Shown here: piece by piece, positions 48,901 to 56,991 of the stretch | Numbering within the stretch: position 1 is the first letter of the stretch | How the letters are laid out: each line of letters opens with the position of its first letter | NCBI GenBank assembly: GCA_017456645.1 | Contig: JAFTIZ010000016.1 | Location: 5,251-69,250 of the forward strand | Length of the DNA: 64,000 nt | DNA from: Oscillospiraceae bacterium | GTDB taxonomy: Bacteria > Bacillota > Clostridia > Oscillospirales > Oscillospiraceae | Reading direction: 5' to 3' | Notes under the pieces: generated by a model | Seen by the model: the letters and a program-made list of their open reading frames with translations, nothing else | Database searches by the model: none | Told to the model about the DNA's origin: nothing | Translations under genes and position numbers: made by a program

Positions 48901-50213
48901 GCGGTCTGGACAGCGTGACGGTTACCATTCGTGTTATGGAGACCGATGCCACCTCTCTGACCAAGTTCACCGGTGTGGAAATGACCCAGAGCATCAAGGT
49001 CATGCCTGCCAACGTGGTCTACTATGAGGACGATTTCGCCGGCCTTACCTACCTGAACAACAGCGGCAACAAGTGGCAGCTGGGCGCGGGCAGCTCCGTG
49101 CAATCTCCCGACCAGAACGCCAACTACGGCTCCGACCCTGTGTACAATCAGGATAACGGCGCCACCGACTCCAACGGCACTGTCAGCACCCTGCACGTGT
49201 CCGCCACCGCCGATGTGCTGAGATTCAGCTTCGTCGGCACCGGCTTCGAGCTGGTCAGCCGTACCACCTATGAGCAGTACGCGGTCATCGATGTTGCGGT
49301 GACCGATGCCAACGGCAATGTGGTTAGACGGATGCCCGTCATCACCGAGAGCAAGGGCGGCCATCTGTATCAGGTTCCCGTGATCTCCATCACCGGTCTG
49401 GACAAAGGCAGCTACACCGTGACCGTGAAGGCCGGCGGCTCCACCGCCGACAAGGTGCGTATGCTCTATATCGACGGTATCCGCGTGTTCAATCCGCTGG
49501 CTGACAGCGATGCCAAGATCTACTATAACCCCGGCGAGTACAACGCATCCTTCCTGGAGATCAAGCAGCTGATCGAGGATGGCAAGACTATGTATGCCAA
49601 CGCCTCCGAGTCCAGCTCCTCGCTGCAGTTTGCCACCGGTACTACCCTCATCGAGGACGTGGAAAGCAACGGCGTGCTCAAGAGTGTCAGCAGCCTGAGC
49701 CAGTATATGACCCTCGGCCCCAACAACGAGATCTATCTGGATGGCGATGCCGCGGTGGGCATGATCGCTCTGTACCTGACTCCCGATGCCTCTGTGACTG
49801 AGGGCAGCAGAACTATCCAGATCGGCGCCCACAGAAAGGTGGACTCCGTCAACGGCTCCAACGGTTATGTCACCATGACCTACGGCAGCACCGCCGCCGA
49901 TATCGTCAGCGGCACCAATTCCTACAAGCTGTACAACGGCACCGAGCAGTACTATACCATCGATGTCAGCCGCCTGACTCTGGGCGAGGATGGCCGCTAC
50001 CTGCTGATGATCGGCACCAACGGCAGTGAGAGCCAGGGCGAAGTCCTGTCTCTGACCAGCCTGAAGCTGGCCGGCTACACCATCAGCAGCATGGAGGCAG
50101 TGCTGGTCAACGCAGCTAAGTCCGGCGATCTGTCCGACACCACTGTGGTCAATGAGGCCGCACAGATCTACAACTACGGCTCTGAGCAGACTCTGCCCAC
50201 CGACGGTGAATGA
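45912..50213 (+). CDS. Large secreted protein with fibro-slime (PA14-related) domain
   Basis: Signal peptide; [39 protein letters not shown]; beta-rich C-terminal domains. Confidence 0.78.
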   Translation: [1433 protein letters not shown]

Positions 50214-50224
50214 GGAGGCTTATC

Positions 50225-50476
50225 ATGAAAAAAATCTATCATAAGCCTCGCATCTGCGTCGAGGAGATCGCGCTGGATCAGCCTATTGCGGCTAACTGCA
50301 ATGCGGATCACGCGGATATTCGGACACTGATGGAGTTTGGTTACTTCATGGAGGGCAGAAACTGCGTTGTCAATCTGCTGCCCACCGGTGGTTTTGACCA
50401 CGACGGCGACTTTGTGGCGGATAGCCATAACACGCTGTGCTACCATTCCAACGTACAGACCGCGTTCCTTTCCTGA
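50225..50476 (+). CDS. 83-aa putative RiPP precursor with YxxP leader
   Basis: GAGGAGG RBS; MKKIYHKP..IAANC leader, Cys-containing core ending CYHSNVQTAFLS; inside PqqD/kinase/rSAM cassette. Confidence 0.7.
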   Translation: MKKIYHKPRICVEEIALDQPIAANCNADHADIRTLMEFGYFMEGRNCVVNLLPTGGFDHDGDFVADSHNTLCYHSNVQTAFLS

Positions 50477-50479
50477 CCT

Positions 50480-51286
50480 ATGGTTTTTTACGATTTCCAG
50501 ATCTGCGGCCTGCTGTTTCGTGTGGAAGCGGCACGGGCTTTGACAGTTCCGGACAATTTCCGTCCGTTTGCGCTGAATGAAAATGCTGCCGCCGAACCGG
50601 ATCTGCGATTGCAGATCCTGTTCGGTGCGCCCCCTGCGAATGCGGTGGCGGCGGAGCGGTTTTATTGGCAGGAAGGGGAGTACATCGTCCGGCAGGAGCC
50701 CGGCGAGGCAGGGGAACCTATCCGCCTGTATATCCCTGAGAGCTTTGCGGATACCTTCTGCCGGCAGGGCAACTGGCTGCTGTATCTGGCACCGGAGCGT
50801 CTGCTGCAGTCCTTTGACCGGCTGATCCTGCACGCCTCCGCGGTGTTGTATCAGGGCAAGGCCTATCTGTTTTCCGCCCCTTCGGGAGGTGGAAAGTCCA
50901 CCCACGCCGCTTTATGGCAGACCCACTACGGCGCAAAGGTGCTCAACGGTGACAAGGTGGTCATCCACGTCACCGACGGCGGCTGTACCGCCTACGGAAG
51001 TCCCGTGGCCGGCAGCTCCGGAATCTATGAAAATGAGGGCGCACCGGTGGCGGCGGTGTTCATGCTGAACAAGGCTGCGCACAATCGTCTTGCGCCGCTG
51101 ACCAAACGCAGCGCCCTGCTGGCGCTGTATAGCGAAGCCATCAAATGCGCTGCCGATCCGGCTTTCAATACCCGTCTGCTGGATCTGCTTCAAATGCTTT
51201 TGAGCGCGGTTCCTGTCCTTTCTTTGGAGTGTCTGCCGGAGAAGGGGGCAGTGGATTGCATTTTATCAAACCTGAGAGAGGGATGA
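50480..51286 (+). CDS. HPr-kinase-related P-loop protein
   Basis: LILHASAV, FSAPSGGGKSTHA, LNGDK, YGSP. Confidence 0.8.
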   Translation: MVFYDFQICGLLFRVEAARALTVPDNFRPFALNENAAAEPDLRLQILFGAPPANAVAAERFYWQEGEYIVRQEPGEAGEPIRLYIPESFADTFCRQGNWLLYLAPERLLQSFDRLILHASAVLYQGKAYLFSAPSGGGKSTHAALWQTHYGAKVLNGDKVVIHVTDGGCTAYGSPVAGSSGIYENEGAPVAAVFMLNKAAHNRLAPLTKRSALLALYSEAIKCAADPAFNTRLLDLLQMLLSAVPVLSLECLPEKGAVDCILSNLREG

Positions 51287-51290
51287 CACA

Positions 51291-53873
51291 ATGACACAAC
51301 TGAAATCCCATTTGAAATTCCTTCCGCTGGTGCTGGCGGTGGTGCTGGTGATCGTGCTGTGCGTGATCTTCGCACCGGATGCCATCAATGCTGCCGGCGG
51401 TGATTGGACGATGAAGGCCAATTCTGAGATCTACTGGGTCGAAACTGCGGACTCCAAGCTCACCGATGAGGCATTGGAGGATCAGATCCAGCTGTTTGCC
51501 AAGGAACTGAAGGAGAAGCTGGAGCTGAGCTATGATATCCCCATCTCCTACGGCCCGGCGGATAAAGCCGGTGCCAATGACATCGTGCTGACACTGGACA
51601 GCAGCGCCGGCATTGCCACTCAGGGCTATGTTGTGGCGGCGTCTTCTACCAATGTGGTCATCTCTGCTTCCGATGCTGACGGCCTGTTCTACGGCTGCCG
51701 GGATCTGATCAAGCAGCTGATGCTCAGCAGCAAGGTCACCTCCAAGACGGAGCAGGCACCCGACGTTCTGGAGCGCGGTATGTCTTTGGACAACGGCCGA
51801 AAGTATTTTAGCGTGGACAATATCAAGAGTCTGATTCGGGAACTTTCTTGGGCCAATATGAATTGCCTAACCATGCATTTCTCTGAGGAAATGGGTCTGG
51901 GCATTGAGAGTAAGCTCTATCCCTGGCTTAATGGCCGTGACGGAACGCTTTGTACTCAGGCTGAAATTACGGACGAGATGATTGCAGCCAATCCGGATTT
52001 TAATATGTATCTGACACAGGAGCAGGTGATTGATATCATCAACTACGCCAAGCTCTACCATGTGCAGATCATTCCTTCCCTGGATACCCCCGGTCACATG
52101 AACCACATCGTAAAAAAGTTTAATGAGCAATGTGACAAGGGCAATTTCTCCTTTACGTTCAACGATGTCACCTATACGACCACCGCGGATACGGATATCG
52201 GCAACTATTTCCATTACGGCAGCTACACCCCGGTTATCGTCGGCGGCTCCCGTAATACGAATTACTCCCGCGGCATTGACATTTCCAATGCAATGGCTGT
52301 GGCGTTTACTAAGAGCTTAGTTCAGGAGTACGCTACGCTGTTCTATAACGCAGGCTGTACCACCATCGACATAGGTGGCGATGAGCTGCTGGGTTGGGCA
52401 ACTGCCTGCGTATCCACCTCCACCGCTTCCAGATGGAAGCAGCTGGATCACTGGAAGGCCTATGCGCAGGCGCAGACCGGAAACTCCAGCGCAGTAGCCT
52501 ATGATGCCTTCCTGCTGTATATGAATGATATGAATGATTTCGTTCGGGATATCGGCTACACCTCCGTCAGAATGTGGAACGATGATGCCCTGCGTACCTC
52601 TGATACCGGCTGGAGCATTGCAAACGGTGTGGTGCAGCTGGATAAGAATATCGACATTCTGTACTGGTATCCCAGCCACAATGTGGATGTCTATGTGAAT
52701 GCGGGCTACAATGTTATCAACATCCTCGATGGCTACAACTATTTTGCGATGGTAAATGCCGGCACATACGGCAATTATGGTGGTGATAATCTGGTTGTGA
52801 ACGGCCTGATGCTGCCGTCGGCTGAGGGTATCTATAAGAAGTGGGATCCGTACGTGTTTACCTATACTTATGCAAACGGAACAACGATGGGCGCGAACAT
52901 TTCTGCGGCAAATCAGGACGCTGTCATTGCAACAGCGCTGGGCGTTTGGTGCGATCTTCCCACCAAGCAGACCCAGGCAGAGGTGTTGGAAGAGCTGTTC
53001 CCCAGAATTCACGCCCACGGCGCTAAGGTGTGGAATCCCATCACCAGCAATTCGGATTCCTATGCTGCATTTACCGCCAACTGGACTACCTTGGGCGCGG
53101 CACCTACAGGCACCGCCGCAGATGGGGAGATTTATGTGGTGGCAGATCTGACGGCTCTGCAGGCGGCCATCGCCACCTACAGCACCACCGACCTGACTTA
53201 CCGCACGCAGGCTACTGCCGATGCCTACACCGCCGCGGTGGAGGCCGGTCAGGCGATTCTGAACCAGACGAAGCCGGGGCAGGAGGATGTGGATGCGGCT
53301 ACGGCAGCCATCAATGCGGCCTATGCCGCGCTGGACTATCCCGATCCTTCGCTGCTGCAGAACGCGGTGACCTACTACGATGAGAGCTTCGACAGTTCCT
53401 TGTACAAGGGTGAGACCGTGGCAATCTACGCCAACGCGGTGGAGCAGGCCAGAGAATTCCTGAAGCAGGAAGAAGGCACCTACACCGAGACGCAGCTCAA
53501 CGAGATGCTGGCCACGGTGAACAAAGCCAAGGCTGGCCTGCGGTTGAAGAATGAGGTTACCGGTGAGGAATGCTTCATCTCCGGTGATTTCAAGGCCGCA
53601 ACCGTCTACGTGGGCAAGGTCGCTACCATCAACATGAGTGTGATTAAGGATAGCGAGATTGCTGGCTTCCAGATCTACAACGATCTGGGCACCGAAACCA
53701 CAATCTTCAAGCAGACCAGCAGCACCTACAAGTCCGACCGTGATAATTACTGTGTCATGTTCTATGCCACAGAGGATCTGGTGGGCGACCGTACTTATTA
53801 CATTTACGCCGTTTATGCCGATGGCACCCTGTCCGGGGACAGCCTTGAGCTGACGGTGACCGTCAAGAACTGA
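51291..53873 (+). CDS. GH20 beta-N-acetylhexosaminidase-like secreted enzyme with FIVAR-like repeats
   Basis: RGMSLDNGRKY, HFSE, DTPGH, IGGDE, WND, WCD. Confidence 0.88.
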   Translation: MTQLKSHLKFLPLVLAVVLVIVLCVIFAPDAINAAGGDWTMKANSEIYWVETADSKLTDEALEDQIQLFAKELKEKLELSYDIPISYGPADKAGANDIVLTLDSSAGIATQGYVVAASSTNVVISASDADGLFYGCRDLIKQLMLSSKVTSKTEQAPDVLERGMSLDNGRKYFSVDNIKSLIRELSWANMNCLTMHFSEEMGLGIESKLYPWLNGRDGTLCTQAEITDEMIAANPDFNMYLTQEQVIDIINYAKLYHVQIIPSLDTPGHMNHIVKKFNEQCDKGNFSFTFNDVTYTTTADTDIGNYFHYGSYTPVIVGGSRNTNYSRGIDISNAMAVAFTKSLVQEYATLFYNAGCTTIDIGGDELLGWATACVSTSTASRWKQLDHWKAYAQAQTGNSSAVAYDAFLLYMNDMNDFVRDIGYTSVRMWNDDALRTSDTGWSIANGVVQLDKNIDILYWYPSHNVDVYVNAGYNVINILDGYNYFAMVNAGTYGNYGGDNLVVNGLMLPSAEGIYKKWDPYVFTYTYANGTTMGANISAANQDAVIATALGVWCDLPTKQTQAEVLEELFPRIHAHGAKVWNPITSNSDSYAAFTANWTTLGAAPTGTAADGEIYVVADLTALQAAIATYSTTDLTYRTQATADAYTAAVEAGQAILNQTKPGQEDVDAATAAINAAYAALDYPDPSLLQNAVTYYDESFDSSLYKGETVAIYANAVEQAREFLKQEEGTYTETQLNEMLATVNKAKAGLRLKNEVTGEECFISGDFKAATVYVGKVATINMSVIKDSEIAGFQIYNDLGTETTIFKQTSSTYKSDRDNYCVMFYATEDLVGDRTYYIYAVYADGTLSGDSLELTVTVKN

Positions 53874-53879
53874 TCCATC

Positions 53880-53914
53880 GGGCTTCCGGCCGGTAAAGCC
53901 GGAAGCCCTTTTTT
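53880..53914 (+). terminator. Terminator-like hairpin between GH20 and rSAM genes
   Basis: GGGCTTCCGGC-N7-GCCGGAAGCCC-TTTTTT. Confidence 0.7.
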
Positions 53915-53927
53915 AAAGGAGTGCGTT

Positions 53928-55016
53928 ATGTCAGATCTGGACATCAAAGATTATGTGTTCCGCAAAGGTGCGGCGAAGCGGATACCGGTCAGTGGTACCT
54001 TTGAGCTGACCGCCCGTTGCAACCTCAGCTGCAAAATGTGCTATGTTAATATGTCCAAGGACGAGCAGGACAAGCTGGGCGCGGAACTGACAGCGCAGGA
54101 GTGGATCGAGCTGGGACGGCAGGCTGTGGACGCGGGTATGATCTACCTGCTGCTCACCGGCGGCGAGCCTCTGTTGCGGCCGGATTTTGCCCAGATCTAC
54201 AAGTCCTTGATCGAAATGGGGCTGATGATCACAGTCAATACCAATGCCACGCTGATGACGCCCCAGATCATCGACCTATTCCGCATTCACAGACCTGAGA
54301 AGGTCAATGTGACTCTGTACGGCATGTCCGATGAAACCTATGGGGGGCTGTGTGGTTATTGCGCCGGCTTTGAAAAGGCATTGCGGGGCATAAAAATGCT
54401 GAAAGAGGCCGGTGTACGGGTAAACCTGAACACAACTTTTACCCGGAAAAACGTAGGCGATCTGGAGAAAATCGTGGCATTTGCCAAAGAAAATCAGATT
54501 CCAATCCGTATGACCGGCTTTATTTTCCCACCGGTGCGCAATCAGCATCCGGCGGAGGATGTGTACCTGAGTCCGGAGGAAATGGGACAGCGGGCGGCTT
54601 GGTTCGACCGGCTGACTCTGACACCGGAGCGGCTGGCGCAGCGGCAGGAATTTATCCGCAAGTGCCTGAACGACCAGAGCGCGGAATTGGAGGCGCCGGA
54701 ATGCTCCATTTCTTCCTGCATGGCCGGCCGGGGTGCCTTCTGGATCACTTGGGACGGCAAAATGTATCCCTGCGGCATGCTGCCGCAGTATGAGCAGAAT
54801 GTGCGCGCCAAGGGGTTCTCTCCGGCGTGGAAGGATACCTGCGCCGCGGCGGATACCATGCTGGTGTGTGCTGAGTGCAAGGTCTGCAAGTATCAGAAGA
54901 TCTGTCCCAGCTGCGCCGCGGTGTCCATGAGCTTGACGGGGGAGAGCAACGGCCTTGCCCGTGAGCTTTGCCGCCGCACGGAAGCCTATGCCAAGGCTTT
55001 CTTAGAGGAAATGTAA
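53928..55016 (+). CDS. Radical SAM/SPASM protein
   Basis: CNLSCKMC, TGGEP; SPASM CMAG..YPC..CKVC..ICPSC..LC. Confidence 0.92.
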   Translation: MSDLDIKDYVFRKGAAKRIPVSGTFELTARCNLSCKMCYVNMSKDEQDKLGAELTAQEWIELGRQAVDAGMIYLLLTGGEPLLRPDFAQIYKSLIEMGLMITVNTNATLMTPQIIDLFRIHRPEKVNVTLYGMSDETYGGLCGYCAGFEKALRGIKMLKEAGVRVNLNTTFTRKNVGDLEKIVAFAKENQIPIRMTGFIFPPVRNQHPAEDVYLSPEEMGQRAAWFDRLTLTPERLAQRQEFIRKCLNDQSAELEAPECSISSCMAGRGAFWITWDGKMYPCGMLPQYEQNVRAKGFSPAWKDTCAAADTMLVCAECKVCKYQKICPSCAAVSMSLTGESNGLARELCRRTEAYAKAFLEEM

Positions 55017-55061
55017 ATAAAAAGGAGGCTGTCCCGAAGGACAGCCTCCTTGCTGTTTGAA

Positions 55062-55646
55062 TTATTCCTGAGTCTGGAAGGTGATCTCGCCGGTCTTGGG
55101 ATCCATGGACTCAATGATAGCCAAAGACTCCAGCCGATAGCCTAGATTGCGCATCCGCCAGCCGCCCTCTTGGTAGGCCTTCTCGATGACGATGCCCAGC
55201 CCCTCTACCGTAGCTTCGGCGGACTCTACAAGGGAGATCAGACCCTGCATAGCATAGCCGTTGGCCATGAAATCGTCTACGATCAGCACACGATCCTGGG
55301 CGGTGAGGAACTTCTTGGATACCACCACCAGATGCTTTTTCTTGCTGGTGAAGGACTCCACCTCGGCGACGTATGTATCGCCGTCGATGTTGACGGATTT
55401 GGACTTTTTAGCCACCACCACGGGAACGCCGAACTCACGGGCCACGCTGCAGGCGATGGCGATACCGGAGGACTCGATGGTCAGCACCTTGGTAATGGGC
55501 TTGTCCGCATAGCGGCGATGGAATTCCGCACCGATCTGATCGAGCAGGGCAATATCCATCTGATGATTCAGGAAGCTGTCAACCTTCAGCACATTGCCGG
55601 GCTTGACGATTCCTTCGCTAAGGATTCTCTGCTGTAAGAAGTTCAT
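55062..55646 (-). CDS. xpt: Xanthine phosphoribosyltransferase
   Basis: LKVDSFLNHQMD, TIESSGIA, VLIVDDFMANG; AGGAGGTG RBS. Confidence 0.95.
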   Translation of the reverse strand: MNFLQQRILSEGIVKPGNVLKVDSFLNHQMDIALLDQIGAEFHRRYADKPITKVLTIESSGIAIACSVAREFGVPVVVAKKSKSVNIDGDTYVAEVESFTSKKKHLVVVSKKFLTAQDRVLIVDDFMANGYAMQGLISLVESAEATVEGLGIVIEKAYQEGGWRMRNLGYRLESLAIIESMDPKTGEITFQTQE

Positions 55647-55763
55647 GAGCCGCACCTCCTGTTTGATAAAGTTACTATAGCATATTCTTCAAGAATTGTC
55701 AGCAATTTTGTAGAAAAAACTTAAAAAAGCAGGCAGCCGTTTTGGCTGCCCGCTTGGGGGAGG

Positions 55764-55964
55764 TTACTGCAGACCCTGCTCGTAAGCCTCGATCATCTTC
55801 TTGACCATCTGGCCGCCGACGGAGCCGGCCTCACGGGAGGTCAGGTGACCGTTGTAACCGTTGGTCAGGTTGACGCCGACCTCGGAAGCGGCCTGCATCT
55901 TGAACTTGTCCATGGCCTCACGGGCCTGGGGGATGTTGATCTGGTTGTTGTTCTTGCTGCTCAT
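55764..55964 (-). CDS. alpha/beta-type small acid-soluble spore protein
   Basis: PQAREAMDKFKMQAASEVGV, LTSREAGSVGGQMVKKMI. Confidence 0.95.
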   Translation of the reverse strand: MSSKNNNQINIPQAREAMDKFKMQAASEVGVNLTNGYNGHLTSREAGSVGGQMVKKMIEAYEQGLQ

Positions 55965-56122
55965 AATCGCTCTCTCCTTTTGTCGTTTTCCGGAAAGATA
56001 AGCCCCTTTCTTTTGGAAAACGACTTTTTTCTTTCCGTAGTCCTAGTTTAGCCAGATAAGTTTTTCGTATGAGTGGAGAGTTGCGGAAGGGCAGGAAAAA
56101 ATTGATTTTATGACCGGATGCC

Positions 56123-56254
56123 TTAGGTTTCAGACAGATGATCCCGGAACAGCAGTACAGATTTGCCGCAGCGGCGGATGCTGGTGATGACCTTGATTTC
56201 GCCGTTGTGCATGCGACGAATGATCTGATTCAAATAAAATGATCGCTTCATCAT
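56123..56254 (-). pseudogene. N-terminal fragment of AAA-family ATP-binding protein
   Basis: Own translation MMKRSFYLNQIIRRMHNGEIKVITSIRRCGKSVLLFRDHLSET*; Walker A (G)IRRCGKS with first Gly replaced, stops after 43 aa. Confidence 0.7.
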
Positions 56255-56534
56255 GCTTGTTACCTCATACTTACTTTCTGAATATAGTAACTTTCAGATG
56301 AAGCATAGCGTATCCAAAACGAATAGCAAGAGAATATCGTCACATATCAAAAAAACTGCTGCATAGCCTTGCAGAATATCAAGCGGATGGAATAGCTGTT
56401 CTTTTGATATTCGGCATAAATAGGGAATGCTGCCCTTTTTCGGGGGGGAATTTGGGGGACGGTACAGTTCTTTACGAACGATACCGTCCCCGTATTTCAG
56501 GATTCTAATTCACGATTGATTCTTCACAACGAAA

Positions 56535-56684
56535 TTAACCAAGTTCTCCGCCAATCGAGTCCCAAGGATCAAGGTAAGTAGGCAGAGGGGTAGTTGTCGA
56601 AGGTTCGGTGATACCCACAGAAGTGGCAATAATATCATCGGTTTCAAATGCAACGATTTCCATTTCCGGCTGTGTATATTTCAT
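56535..56684 (-). CDS. 49-aa peptide with YxxP RRE-type leader (orphan precursor candidate)
   Basis: AGGAGGTG RBS; MKYTQPEMEIVAFETDDIIATSVGITEPSTTTPLPTYLDPWDSIGGELG; upstream TTGACA promoter and downstream hairpin at 56456-56492. Confidence 0.7.
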   Translation of the reverse strand: MKYTQPEMEIVAFETDDIIATSVGITEPSTTTPLPTYLDPWDSIGGELG

Positions 56685-56991
56685 AAATTCACCTCCTGAA
56701 TGTAAACAGATATACATCTATTACTAATATTAACCCAAAAAAAAGAAATGTCAAGGTATTTTAAGAAGATACATTCTATCAATTGTATGTGTTACACATC
56801 ATTGCAACACAATTCATCCTACGATTAGCTTGTTATACATTGACAAACTTGCTAAAAAATGGTATACTACAAACTGGTATTTTGGGGGGTTTATCTTATT
56901 TTGTTGAGGATAATACTCTACGAATGCTTTACGCGATCTGTTGGCAACTGTGTTACCCTAATGTAAATATGAACAAGGGAGAAGTATTCAA

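Noticed and set aside
50225-50476. Lasso peptide assignment
   Set aside because: The YxxP leader fits, but no lasso cyclase or B2 protease is present and the core is too long
55647-55760. Purine riboswitch upstream of xpt
   Set aside because: Promoter-like CTGACA-17-TATAGT lies right before the RBS, leaving no room for an aptamer
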